From Octopus vulgaris (Eukaryota), in contig OX597814.1 in assembly GCA_951406725.2 (NCBI GenBank), positions 32,364,001 through 32,428,000 of the forward strand: a stretch of DNA of 64,000 nucleotides. Reading direction: 5' to 3'. The stretch's first letter is position 1; the number at the start of each line of letters is the position of its first letter. Under the pieces are notes generated by a model, which was not told the origin of the DNA, ran no database searches, and worked only from the letters and a program-made list of their open reading frames with translations. Shown one piece after another: positions 38,720 to 54,208 of this stretch. A program made the translations under genes and the position numbers.

Positions 38720-38798
<79 letters not shown>

Positions 38799-38839
38799 CA
38801 TTATGTGTGTGTGTGTGTGTGTGTGTGTCATTATGACAA

Positions 38840-39135
38840 AAAGTGAAATTCATTGTACTACAATTAATTCTTTAGTTACGTGCGTTTCGACACTACATGG
38901 AATATATATTTTATGAAAATGAATGTAGATGAACTTCTACTACTACAACATATTAAGGTACATTATGTGCATTTCCTCTACGAGAGGTTCAAAGTATTAC
39001 ATGAACATGTCGTAATATTATATATTCATTTATATTCATATTCATATTGATAATTATATTCATGAATTGTATATTCCATGTAGTGCTGAAAGGCATTAAA
39101 CTAAAGAATGATATGTAATACAAACATTTCCACTC
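38840..39135. mobile_element. Old ~300-bp fold-back with a hammerhead-like relic
   Basis: ttctttagttacgtgcgtttcgacactacatggaatatat is inverted against gtatattccatgtagtgctgaaaggcattaaactaaagaa; the minus arm reads GAAAC GCAC GUA. No intact CUGAnGA. Confidence 0.55.
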
Positions 39136-40568
39136 TTCTACTTCGTGTATTATATTCTGTGACTTATTTATTAGCCCTGAAAGTTCAGTTTGTATGGACG
39201 GTTTCTCCTATTTTTTTAAGGTAAACCATCTACTTATATACATTCTGTTACCTCGTATTCACAGAAGTGACTGAGAATCCTTTTCGGATTTCTTGATCCG
39301 ATCTCAAGTGCAGACTCTATGATTAAATTTGGGGGTGGATAACTGGCTAATTCAGCGTTTATGTAATTTCTACGATAATTATGCTATTATGATAATATAT
39401 CTTAGAAAGTTTCTTTCTTATATAAACTACGTAATTTTTAATTATTAATCTTTGATTTTTAGTAAGGATTATTATAAATAATAGAATGTAATTTTAATAT
39501 CATTTGTTATTTGACTAGAGATGAGAAAGTATTTTAAATATATTATCTTGCTATTTACTCCTAGATAAATAGCGTAGAGTTATGGAAATAACATGCATTC
39601 TTTAATAAAAGGGATATTTCTTATTTTGCCATGTTTTTTTTTTTAAATATTGTTCCTGGTATTTAAAAAAATAATGCTCTAAAATATATTTAAAATAAAA
39701 ATCTAAATGGTATACAAATATATTTTATGACCGTTGTATTAGTATATTTTTCGTATTCTATTTTTATTTATTATCTTTGTTTTTGTTTTTAATTATTGAC
39801 GCTCACGCTTGAAAACAAATATGCTTGAATTCAGTCTTTTCTTGAATCTGTAACTCCTGATATATCAAACATTATACTGTAGAGATTCTTACCCACAAAC
39901 ATGGATTTTATAATTTTATTATGGGTAAGAATCGAAACAATTATAACTTGTATTTAATACTTATTATTTATTTTATCATATTATATTATTATATTAACAT
40001 AATATAATATTATGTTAATAAATTTTAATTTTTGAATTTACAATTGTATATCTCCATTTTCTTTGCATTTTTATAAATTTAATTTATGCCTATGTGAAGC
40101 GTGAAGGATTTCTCTTCTATATTTCGTATTAAACAGTTAAGCCAGTAAAAATTTGAATGTTTTCATCCCCAAGGGAGGAACCTACTTTCCTTGTATTGGA
40201 TCTTATATATATATATATATCAGGGACACATCATGGACCCTCGCGTCGTTAGACGACGTATGAGGCTTCGGAAATTTCTTGCCGAACAATCACACAGACG
40301 ATTTGTTTATAGTGATCAAATGCTTTTGTACACATAAGCTCACTTCCTCCATCAAATCGACATTACCTGTAGAGGTGCACCATCTGCCACGTGTCAGATG
40401 ACACGAAATGTTCGCAGAGCAAACTGAAATGAAGTGCTTTGCTCAAGAACACAACGCAATCGTGAGTGGGATACCCTAAACACTAAACCATGCACTTCAT
40501 ATATATATATGATCGACCGCTAGCGACTAAAGCTTTTTTTTTCTCTCTGTGTTTATTTTATTGTGTTC

Positions 40569-40604
40569 CTTTCTGTTGAAGGGCGTATGCGCGAAACGTA
40601 AAAG
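40569..40604 (+). ncRNA. Minimal hammerhead variant with CUGUUGA core
   Basis: cuuu CUGUUGA A GGGC-guau-GCGC GAAAC GUA aaag. Confidence 0.55.
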
Positions 40605-40698
40605 ACTTTCTCGCCTTCCCGAGCGTTAAAATATACCTGTTTGTTATTTACACATCTTTTGTTTTGTTTTTTGTAAATTCCAACTATATACATACACG

Positions 40699-40735
<37 letters not shown>

Positions 40736-40740
40736 ATATA

Positions 40741-40788
<48 letters not shown>

Positions 40789-41776
40789 TATATATGAGTG
40801 TATATATATATGCGTGTGTATATATATATATATATATGCATATATCATACATGTGTGTGTGTGTCTAGCTCTGTATGTCTGCAGTATAATGAATAAATTT
40901 TACTCCTACGTACATGTTCCTTGACTCATTTCTACCCACGTTTCGCATTTAATGTTGCAGTCTTTGGAAAAATTCCCTTCGTACTCCACAGGTAATTAGT
41001 TTGTTTTAACTAAATTTGGTGGAATACGATCTCAGCTGCACAATCCAGTTATCTCAAGACTCAAAGTGCAGAGGAGACTAAGACATTTAATAGCATATGT
41101 CAGCGCTTTTCATGTTGCAATCAAATTTTCCATTTCACAGATAGACCTTCAAATTGTGAAAAAATGAAAAAAGTTTAAAACCAGAGTGGGTCCTGCAGCG
41201 GTCTGCACTTAATGGAACATCCTCATCGTTTTTATGTCTTTCTAATGTTATTTACTAATTTCCTCCAAGGCGCCAAACGGGCAAAACCGTTAGCAGTCCA
41301 GCAAAAATATTTGGCAGCATTTTGTCCGTTTTTATGTTTTGAGTTCAAATACCGCTGAGGTCGACTTTGCCTTTCATCCTATCGGGGTCGATAAAGTAAA
41401 TATCAGTTGAACACTGGGGTTGATATAATCGACTTACTTTACTCGCGCACTTGTAGCAATTGTAAATAAATATGAAACACATTTTCTTCGACAGAATCTA
41501 TTTAATCCATATATATATATATATGTATTTATGTACATATATATTATATATACATGCATATATATAAATATTTATATATGTATACATTCAGTGCGTGTCA
41601 GAAATAGCGCCCAGGTTCTTGGAAGCCATCCTTTTGTTTGTTGTTTTGCAAGTTATTACTAACAGTTTTGAAAGTTACTAAATCTGAATCATTTAATATC
41701 CCAACACCAAACAAGAATTAGGAGTCAAAATTCTCAATTGTGAAGTCATACATATCTATCTATCTATCTATCTATC

Positions 41777-41834
<58 letters not shown>

Positions 41835-42067
41835 AATTGCAGCGTGGAACGTGTTTAGAAGCCATTTCAGAAACACACAAAAACCGTTAAATTCCCTCCA
41901 ACTTTTAAATTTAATTTGCCAAAACATTTTTGTAGCTTTGAGACCGCGACCTGTTCAGTGACAAAATTCCATGCAGCATTTGGTAAATTAGATTTAAATG
42001 TTGAAGTGAATCTAATGATTTTTGTGTGTTTCTTAAAAGGCTTATAAACACCTTCCACGCTGCAATT
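41835..42067. mobile_element. Fold-back with ~90-bp arms next to (TA)n; loop holds a degenerate hammerhead-like core
   Basis: aattgcagcgtggaacgtgtttagaagcc...aatttgccaaaa is inverted against tttggtaaatt...ggcttataaacaccttccacgctgcaatt. Minus loop: guca CUGAACA g GUCGC...GCUAC aAAA. Confidence 0.65.
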
Positions 42068-42742
42068 ACTTTCGTTCCAGCATACGATCTCAGATCAGAT
42101 CACTTGCTATGCAAGTACATCTCCGTAGCATATATATATAAAGGGGGCGGAATGGGGCAAAATCAATAATTTCGGATTCTCATTATTTTCTCCCTACTTA
42201 TTTCAAACTGTTACGACGCGAATATTGCATCATCATTTTCTAGTTTTGCTTCATCTTTGGGAGTAAAAATTAGTCAGAATAGTTTGAGACATTGTCAGAT
42301 GGTATTTTTCAATAAAGGTTTCCTCAACTTTGACCTGGTTGTAATTGAGGTTGCTAATAAACACCTGGATAATTTTTGGCGTTTAACAGTCAAACTTCTT
42401 TTCACTGTTGGATTCTAAGCCATTTTTTCCCACACTAATGTCTAATTTGATCACTCTTAATTTTCAGAACATGATGCCTATAGTCAGGTAAAATGAGTAA
42501 TATCTAATTGCAATTATTTGTTCTTTCTAACTTCATGGGGCAATTAATGGAAAAGAGCTGCTCCAGCAGATCGTTAAGATATTATAGAGATTATCTTCAG
42601 CTGAGTTTTTAGATTTGCTGGAATTTCGTTCATCTCATACCATATTGCTATTTCTCCATAATAGTCAATCAGTTTGACCCAGGTATTTTAAATTTTTCTT
42701 GCATTTCTGACGATTGTATTGTCTAAAAATTGATATTGAATA

Positions 42743-43160
42743 GGCGCAGGAGTGGCTGTGTGGTAAGTAGCTTGCCTACTAACCACATGGTTCTGGGTTC
42801 AGTCCCACTGCGTGGCATCTTGGGCAAGTGTCTTCTACTATAGCCTCGGGCCGACCAAAGCCTTGTGAGTGGATTTGGTAGACGGAAACTGAAAGAAGCC
42901 TGTCGTATATATGTATATATATATGTATGTATGTGTGTGTATATGTTTGTGTGTCTGTGTTTGTCCCTCTAGCATTGCTTGACAACCGATGCTGGTGTGT
43001 TTACGTCCCCGTCACTTAGCGGTTCGGCAAAAGAGACCGATAGAATAAGTACTGGGCTTACAAAGAATAAGTCCCGGGGTCGATTTGCTCGACTAAAGGC
43101 GGTGCTCCAGCATGGCCGCAGTCAAATGACTGAAACAACTAAAAGAGTAAAAAAAAAGAG
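42743..43160 (+). mobile_element. SINE family A, full length and little diverged
   Basis: Complete copy, near-identical to 24882-25300. Confidence 0.92.
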
Positions 43161-43440
43161 TAATTGATGTGTATGAGTCTTTCCCCTAATATTCTGAGGA
43201 ATTAAACCAGCAAATTTACCTATTTTGTCTTATTCATTTTGCCCTACGTAAATTTGTCTTTTATATGCTCAAAGTGAACGGAGAAAATTTTCTGAATTAG
43301 TGTTCTGAATATGCTATAGTATTTTTAATGCATTTCGAAAAGATCACTTGCTTAGATGATCTAGAACATTTGAAAAAAATTATTTTTTCTTGAAGTCAAA
43401 AACACATTGTCTAAAACTAATTCTGCCCCACCCCCATTGT

Positions 43441-43770
<330 letters not shown>

Positions 43771-44160
43771 AAGGTACAGGCACCATCCAGAGGATGTAGT
43801 AAATGGCGAGGGCGTCACCATCATTTGGAACATCCCAATACAGACAGAAAAATTGACTTCAGTCGACCAGACATTGTGATCAAGGACTACAATTGAGGAA
43901 CTTGTCTGTTAATAGATACGTCTGTTCCACAAGATCAAATGTCTGAAGAAAGGAATACGAAAAGCTTTCTCACTAAAAAGATCTGCAAACTGAGATCATA
44001 AAAATATGGAAGCTTAGTACTACGATAATAACAATAGTAATTGGTGCATTGGGAATGATAAAGAAGGGAGCTGAGACGTATATTAAGCCACTCCCTGGTA
44101 ACTCCAGTCTACGTGATGGGTACAGCCCATATACTACGGAAAGCACTTTCCGTCTAAAAT
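43771..44160 (+). pseudogene. R4/Dong-like LINE C-terminal restriction-like endonuclease fragment
   Basis: YRHHPEDVVNGEGVTIIWNIPI/TDRKIDFSRPDIVIKD*..CLLIDTSVPQD..KEYEKLS..KDLQTEI..IVIGALGMIKKG; abuts an AAT array. Confidence 0.85.
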
Positions 44161-44269
44161 GGAATAAATGTGGTGATAATTTTAGCATGCATAGCAAAAC
44201 GAAAGTGCCTTTGCTACTCTTGGCTTCCGGAGTATGCCCGGTACTAATGCAGCTGAAATATAATTATAA

Positions 44270-44482
44270 TCCTTTCTACTATTGGCAGAAGGCCTGAATT
44301 TTTTATGGAGGGCGACAGTCGTACACATCTACCACAGAACTCAAATGGCACTTAACTTATCGACCACGAAAAGATGAAAGGCAAAGTCGACCTCGGTGGA
44401 ATTTGAACTTAGAACGTAGCGACAGACGAAATACCGCTAAGTATTTCGCCCGGCGTGCTAAAGATTCTGCCAGCTCACCGCC

Positions 44483-44483
<1 letters not shown>
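44270..44483 (-). mobile_element. SINE family B; other diverged copies at ~29340-29500, 32280-32530, 35420-35560, 41268-41440, 44745-44897 and 51008-51135
   Basis: gatgaaaggcaaagtcgacctcggtggaatttgaact...ctgccagctcaccgcc. Confidence 0.8.
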
Positions 44484-44546
<63 letters not shown>

Positions 44547-44568
44547 TGATGATAATAATAATAATAAT

Positions 44569-44631
<63 letters not shown>

Positions 44632-44650
44632 AATAATGATAATAATAATG

Positions 44651-44732
<82 letters not shown>

Positions 44733-45644
44733 TTCTTTCTATTATAGACACAAGGCCTGAAATTATTTGATGGGGTAGCGAGTCGTTTACATGGACCCCA
44801 GTGCTTGACTGGTATTCACGTTGTCATCCTTGAAAGGCGAAGTCTTTCTCGGTGAAATTTGAACGGCGTGCTAAATATCTGCCAGCTCGCCACCTTAATA
44901 ATAATGCTAATTATCCTTTGTGTTATACGCCAATGAAACCGGGAAGTCGACCCTTATGAGCCAGGTATGGCTCAAGAAGGAATAAACAACGTCGGACAGC
45001 AGCCATATTAATGTGGCGTTAAACATTACTTCTCAGTACAGTTACTATTTCCGTCTCTTATAGAGGTTTTCTAACTAGCTACATTGCTCAATGAAATATT
45101 ACTATTAATTTTATGTTAGGCTGTTTATTTCTTCTTGGAAATGCAAAGAAATGTATAAAATATTTTTTTCTTAAATTAGAATGTGGCAACCGTCATATGG
45201 CGCAGCAACAATGATTCGCTCTCTTGTGAGTTAAAGACAGCTCAATGGCGATGTATACCTGTAGAGGTATGTGATAGTCTGTTACCTTGGTGAAGCTTTT
45301 AAGATTATAAACTATTTAGAGCTGAAAGAAAATTGTCACGAGTATTACTGAGCATAATATAACGCCGCTGAAATGTGAAATATATGTTAGTTATCAGAGT
45401 GTACTGTCTTCCTTTCAATTTTAAATGAATATGTTTATTTATTTTAACTTTCTGTATATCTTGAAGTAACAAGTAAGTTCTTGAATTTCATATTAAATAA
45501 ATTATTTTATTGTAACAAAATTAATGAGTAGATATCTAAATTAACTATACATATATGATATAATTAAATTGCTATAAATATTATTTTTCCTCTCCATTTC
45601 CTTCTCTCTTCGTTTTCTTTCCTCTCCGTTTTCTTTCCTCATTC

Positions 45645-45680
45645 CTTTCTGTTGAAGAGCGTTGGCTTGAAACGTCAAAG
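45645..45680 (+). ncRNA. Minimal hammerhead variant with CUGUUGA core and GUC triplet
   Basis: cuuu CUGUUGA A GAGC-guug-GCUU GAAAC GUC aaag. Confidence 0.6.
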
Positions 45681-46971
45681 AATGTTCCACTTTTTCTGAG
45701 CGTTAAATATACTTCCCCTGTTGTTCCCTCACCTGTCTGTATCTGTTTTCCTTAGATTTGAACCATACTACTTATATTAGTTTAATACAACATGGTACAA
45801 ATGTGTATTAGTCTACAAGTCTCATTTCAATCAAATTGGAAGTAACAAGAAATATGCAATAAATGAAAAAAATTTTTTTATAAAGAGTAAATAGTAACAA
45901 TGCGGTAACAACTTACATCATTTTGTGTCCTTTCAACTTCAATTTATTTTAAGGTCAGATACAAAAATCAATGGAATAGAAATTGCTTTGTTTTATACAA
46001 ATAACGATATTTCTTTATTAGAAATTATTGCTTTGATACATTAGCCCCCCCAAAAAACATCTGTAGGGAGAGTTATTTCAAATAAATTTTGCATTCCTAT
46101 TTTTCACATATTTTCTCATAAAAATCCGTACAAAATAGTTATAAGTTTAAGATTTTCCTGTTGCCAAATCTATATATTAATATAATTAGTTCATATAATT
46201 AGTAGAATGTGTCCATTTTACATTGTTTGTCTATCGGGAGGGAGAGATAAGACTAACCTTACTAGATTCATTTGCCTTGGTTACTTAATCTCAATACTCC
46301 ATCGATTGAACTGCAAGGCAATTTTTGGCAGTTTCTTCGAATTCGGAGATTATGAGGAAGAGCGGCACGCCCTTAAATGGTGAAGTAAACTGATTCTTGT
46401 CGCAGCAAGGTGTTCCTTCCTCCTTCACTGAGTCGTTTCAAGGTGTGAGCCACTTCGCACGATCCGATCCCACTCTTTAGACTTGGAGCTTTGAAAAAAG
46501 TGGCCCATCGGTTTAAGACACCTGAGGTGACCGTGACCAGCTGGTCATAGGTTTTACATTGAAGCATCATTTCCTAGATGAATGGTTTGCATGGATGGCG
46601 AGCCCCATTACCCTGTAGTGCCAAAGGGTGTCAAAGAGGGCACCAGAATGCCTTGAGGTACTCCATACCTTGATTTAATGTCGATATTGACTTCATTTTC
46701 CTGCTCTAAGGTTCTCTGAAGGCAGTGTGGGTTTGTGTTTGAAGTTTCTTGAATAAAATACAACTACGAGGTCTCAGAGTAAGCATGGGAACAATGGCGG
46801 CTGAGAAAAGATTCCACACTCCTCGAAACTCTGGAAATCCAAGGCACCAATACCGGGTACAGATTAAAACCACACCAAGGACCCAAAGCAATATGTGTGT
46901 GTTTATAACAATATATTTATATTCATTTATATATAAACATATACATACTCACGCAGACACACCACGCATAC

Positions 46972-47020
<49 letters not shown>

Positions 47021-47211
47021 TATATATATGCGTCTGTGATAGTATGTATGTATAGGCACGAGCGTGGATAATTTCTCAACGATTTTCACGCGTGCTAGCA
47101 CAATCCATGAGTAAACATCTTAATGTTTAGCTCGATGGTAAGACCTTATACCATCTTTGGGTTTTTAAAAGAAGCCAAAACTTTCACAGATTACATTGTG
47201 ATCAACATAGT

Positions 47212-47468
47212 TTATTCTTTATTCTTTTACCTGTTTCAGTCATTTGACTGTGACCATGTGGGAGTACCACCTCAGTTGAAGTGATCGATCCTAGGACATT
47301 CTTTGTAAACCTAGTACCTATTCTATTGGCCTCTTTTGCCGAATCGCTAAGTTTCAGGGACGTAAAGGGCAATAGCGGTTGGCAAGCGATAGCGGGGTAC
47401 AAACACACACACACACATATACATACACATACACACACACGCGCACACACACACACACACACACACAT

Positions 47469-47518
<50 letters not shown>

Positions 47519-47675
47519 GACGTGTTTCTTTCAGTTCCTGTCTACCAAATCCATTCTCAAGGCTTTGGTCGACCCGAGGCAATAGTAGATGACTCTTGCC
47601 CAAGGTGCCATGCAGTAGGACTGAACCCGGAATCATGTGGTTGGGAAGGAAGCTTCTTACCATACAGCTACGCCT
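47212..47675 (-). mobile_element. SINE family A, diverged
   Basis: Head, CORE-like segment, expanded (TA)/(TG) interior and tail. Confidence 0.85.
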
Positions 47676-48123
47676 GCTCTCAGACGTATGTAACTAAAGT
47701 TACGTAACACAACTTCTTGTGTAGAAGAAGCGTCGCAACTGGATTTTGCATGAAAGATGGTACGAATGCAATATATGTCATGGAACGACGATAGAGCAAC
47801 TGTTTCTCTCGCATGAGTTACCTATCTCCTGATACTGAGGAGTCCATGATAACAAAATATGATTACGAAAATGCGTATGCTCATATCTTAATGTTGTACA
47901 CATATGTACGCTTCAAAATGCGCGTATTTTGTCTATTAAGTGTTACTGTTATACGACCGTGGTCATACTGCACACACACTCTTCAAGTCATTAAAAATTG
48001 GAACTCAATACTTCTAAGTCAGATAACTGTATTATCAACATGGGACGGTGCGATAAACAAAAGCACACACAAACACAAATAGATATACGCACACCTATCT
48101 ATCTATCTATCTAGCTATCTATA

Positions 48124-48162
<39 letters not shown>

Positions 48163-48165
48163 TTA

Positions 48166-48294
<129 letters not shown>

Positions 48295-48368
48295 GCATAT
48301 ATATATGTATGTATATTTTTATATATATGTATATATTTATACATGTATGTATGTGTGCATTTATATTC

Positions 48369-48404
<36 letters not shown>

Positions 48405-48474
48405 ATATATATAAATATATATGTCTATACATGTGTGTATAAATGTGACATGCACGTTTATATAAAAATCTTGC

Positions 48475-48505
<31 letters not shown>

Positions 48506-48725
48506 TATGCATAGTTGCACACACATATGAACACACATACACTCACTCACACACACATAAGCAAACATATGCCTTTATATATATATATATATGCATAGAT
48601 GCACACACATAAACACACTCACACACACATATGCAGGCATATACCTTTATATATATATATACATACATACATACATACATACATGCATACATACATACAT
48701 ACATGCATATGTATATCTATGCATA

Positions 48726-48772
<47 letters not shown>

Positions 48773-48842
48773 TATTCGCTTGTATTTAACGTATACTTAT
48801 ATATACACATATATACATACACATATATATATGCATGTGAAA

Positions 48843-48877
<35 letters not shown>

Positions 48878-49133
48878 ATGTATGTATCTATGTATGTATG
48901 TATGCATGTATGTATGTATGTATATGAAACATATATCAGTGCGTAAGTGTGTGTATACGTGTTTATGTCTATTTATGTGTGTATCTGCGCAAATTTCATA
49001 TCCATTCCTCTGCTTGTCTATCCTCCAATGTAACGATGGGCCATTCGAGGCATTCTTAATGGATTTGGTGTGTGTGTGTGAGTGGAGGTTGTACATATGT
49101 ACATATATATATATACACATATACATAAATATT

Positions 49134-49178
<45 letters not shown>

Positions 49179-49486
49179 GTGAGTGTGTGTATACTTATAC
49201 ATATATATACATGCATTCATATATATATATATATATATATTTAAATTAGCGATATACAAAAGCACATATGAACAAATACGCACACGAACAAACACACAGA
49301 CATATAGCTTATTTGTATCCATGGTGAACGCCGACACTTGAACAAACACATGTACATCTGTGTATATATATATATCCATCACTTTATCTATCTATTTATT
49401 TAACTGTCTATACAGGCAGTACACATGTACACACACTCCCTACACACATAAGTTTAGGGTGTGAATATTCGAGAGACCGGTATGAT

Positions 49487-49627
<141 letters not shown>

Positions 49628-50162
49628 GTAATCATATACGAATATATGTCTTACAATATTACATAAATATTTTTCTGACACAAAAATTTTATTTCAGTTC
49701 ATAACTAGAAGAAAGCAGTCACGAGTCTTTGGAATTAACAGACACCGCAGTTAATTATTCAATAAATGCACTGGACAAATTAAGCTCTATATGTCCAAAA
49801 GATAGACTTAACTTTGTCGGGGTTTACATCAGAAGTGTACATGAGCGGTATACACAAGTAAAAAAGATGACCAATTTCTGAAAAACTTACTATATTCCAT
49901 ATCAATGTAGAAAATGAAGAGGCCATCAATAAATAGTATAAAGAGGACAATTATGTATGAATATATATATATATATATATATATGATGTGTGTATATGTA
50001 TATAGATATATATTTATAAGTATACAGTCATATGAATGCGTGTGTATATGTAAATAAAGATACATACATCTGTTCATACATATCAATATATAAATGTATT
50101 TATATATATATGTATATGTTTATATAAAAATATATATGCAGATATAAACGCACAAGTATAAT

Positions 50163-50229
<67 letters not shown>

Positions 50230-50230
<1 letters not shown>

Positions 50231-50267
50231 CAACTTATAAACAAGGGCGCCCTTGTTTATAAGTTGT
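50230..50267. repeat. Perfect 38-bp palindrome with no spacer
   Basis: acaacttataaacaagggc|gcccttgtttataagttgt. Confidence 0.95.
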
Positions 50268-50355
50268 TTATAATTTTAACCTTTAAAGGTATTTTAATAT
50301 GCTGCCACTATTTTGAAGGAATTTTTTTTCTGTAAAAAAACTTCATCCTATATTA

Positions 50356-50408
<53 letters not shown>

Positions 50409-50657
50409 CATTTAATGCATGTGTGTGTGAAAAGATCTTTCCATTATATAGAGCATGAGACTGTAATGGAATGACATACAGTTACACAATGTAAATGAAG
50501 GGAATTTTGAAGAGTCAACAAGTGAATTAAATACCACAGTCTAAATGAAACAACACACAATACCTCACATCGCAAAACGAGCAATAATATACGAATAATA
50601 TATGAAGACTTTAACATATATGAGTATATCACTCACAGTATAAACGCTTACACGCAC

Positions 50658-50708
<51 letters not shown>

Positions 50709-50756
50709 CATACATACATATACATACATACATACATACATACATACATACATACA

Positions 50757-50792
<36 letters not shown>

Positions 50793-51305
50793 TGCATCTA
50801 TGTATGTGTCTGTGTGGGTATTCATAGATGCAATATGTATATACATATATATACATACCTATATGAATATAAATGCAGATAGATAGATATGCACTCATAT
50901 ATTTGTATGCCATATACGTGTATAAGCACATATTTTGTTTTTTTAAAAAAGCAGAAATTGACACCTCTCTTCCCTACATGTGTATATGTGTGCATGTTAT
51001 ATAGTCTGGCGTTACGTTCTGAGTTCAAATTCCGCCGAGGTCTACTTTCACTTTTATCATTTCGGGGTGGATACATTAGGTACCAGTTGAGTACTGGGGT
51101 CGATGTAATCAGGTCTTGTGTCTGTAGTAGAAGGAATATATGTATGCATGTGTATCAGAATACATGCATATACATACATGTATTCATATATATACACACA
51201 CATATATATATATACATATATAAAGTCATATATATAAAGTCATAAAGTCATATATATAAAGTCATAAAGTCATATATGCACACACATATACGCACGCACA
51301 CACAC

Positions 51306-51346
<41 letters not shown>

Positions 51347-51520
51347 CACTTATAAATTTCAATCGATTCACTAACACAAAGCAAATCTGTTTCTTCCATT
51401 CTCTTTTGTAAATTTTGTACTGACACTAGTGTTCTGTCTTGTCCCACCTCTATGTTACGGTTTATTAGACTAGCAAACACCAACTCAAACAAATGTACAC
51501 GTACAAATGTATACGCCTGG

Positions 51521-51563
<43 letters not shown>

Positions 51564-51814
51564 TGTGCGTCTGTGTTTGTGTACACGAAAGGATTCTTTC
51601 AGTTTCCGTTTAAGACACCTAATCAAAAGAGTTTTGTCGTCCTAACGCTTTAGTAGAAGACAAGTTCCCAAGGTGGCAGGCTGTTGGACTCAACCCATTC
51701 CACGTAGTCAAGGAGCAAATTTTTTACTTCTTTTCCACACTAATTCTTCATCGCATACGTGTATTAGTACGAATATGCACATGTATGGTGTAGGAATATA
51801 TGCTTCTATGTACG

Positions 51815-51848
<34 letters not shown>

Positions 51849-52007
51849 TGTATGTATGTATGTATGTATGTATGTATGCATGTATGTATGTATGTTTCAT
51901 ATTTATGTAATGGATGGATATGAGAGTTTACAGTTACAAATGCTTATATGTCCATATCTTATTAATAATATCCATATTTATATAGGTGCTTATAAGCATA
52001 CGTGTGT

Positions 52008-52103
<96 letters not shown>

Positions 52104-52254
52104 CATATATATATATGTATGTATATATATATGTATGTTTGTATATATATATATATATATAACATACACATGTATGCTTACGTATATACACGTGTGTATA
52201 TATATATATATGTATATCTAAATACATAAACATATATATGTATATGTATGAACA

Positions 52255-52333
<79 letters not shown>

Positions 52334-52522
52334 ATATATTCAACATAAAGGTAGAAATTTATACTCACACATACTGAGAATGTAAACTTATATACGTATG
52401 TATAAGTATATCTATCTTTCTCGCTTTCTGTCCGTCTCTCCCTCTTTCTCTATCTCTCTCTGCATATATAATACATATAGACATATATAAACATAAATAT
52501 ACATATATATAACCATATATAT

Positions 52523-52559
<37 letters not shown>

Positions 52560-53283
52560 TAATCATATATCAACATATATCTACGCATATACAAGCATAT
52601 ATAAGTATATATATATATATATATAAATATACATACAAACATGTATGCATGCATGCATGAAAACATTCATATATATACATATATTGCATATATATGCTAA
52701 TATATATATATATATATATATATAGCTATATATGTATACCGAGACACATAGTTAGATATAGATTAGCATATACATGTATATATGTATGTATCTATGAATG
52801 CTTTTATGCACCCATGCCTGTTTATATATATACATGTATATACATTTATATACATATATTCACGGAAAGACTTACATGTATGCATGTTTATATGTATGTA
52901 TGCATGTATGTGATTATGTATATATGTGTGTTTGCATGTATGTATGAATGTATGTCAATGAATAAATAAGCATAGATGCTAGCTTTCAATGACTCATAAA
53001 ACACTCACTCCTCACAGTCAGACAGGCAAGCGAGTGTATACATCAGTAGAGTTTTAAATGTCGAGATAGTTTGAGAAATTTTGCATATATATGATATCTA
53101 AATTGCCAATTGCTGACATAATTTTTAGATATAATAACACATATACCTCTACCCAAACGATGAGGTACACACATGCACGCGTACATGTGCTTACATGACT
53201 TTATGCATATATTTGTATATATATGTATATATATACATACATACACACATACATGCACACACACACATACACACACACACACA

Positions 53284-53326
<43 letters not shown>

Positions 53327-53474
53327 ATATACATGCATACATCAGTATATACATATACGCATATATATACGCATAATATATATACATACATATATATATT
53401 TATAAGTATGTATATATATATATATACGTATACACTGATATATGTGTATATAAATATATACATATATGTATCTA

Positions 53475-53530
<56 letters not shown>

Positions 53531-54152
53531 CATATATATATATACATATGTATATATATACGTATTTAAGTTATATATACGTCTATGCATACATGCATGC
53601 ATGCATACATACATAAATACATACATACATACATACATACATACATACATACATACATACATACATACATGCGTACATATTGGAGTGTAAGCGTCCGAGA
53701 GTATATATGCCTGGTTATATATCATACATCCCTGGGACTAAACTATGTGAAAGCACCCTGTATTATATTTGTATTTCAAGATTGTAGGTTCAATACTTCG
53801 GTTTCTAAATTATTTGTACTTAGGCAATTGAACCTAATATACATCGGTCGCGACAGCGGTGAGGTTAATCTACTTGCCTAAGTTTAACGCAGTAGGGTGC
53901 AGGACGGGATTCTGCTCTTACGAACGAACACTCTTAAATATTATGATTTGATTGTAAACTATTCAGTAAAATATAAACATGCATTAAGATGTATAACTTG
54001 TACACAAATATTTATATATATATTTATAGATATATATATATATATATATATACGTGTTTCTGTATGTATCTATATATATGTATATATATAGATTCGTATA
54101 TATGTGTGTATACGTATATATATATATATATAAATATATGCATATATATACT

Positions 54153-54208
<56 letters not shown>

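Noticed and set aside
45285-45345. UUGGUGA-agcu...agcu-GAAA...GUC possible hammerhead
   Set aside because: Two core mismatches and weak stems I and III; not supportable from one copy.
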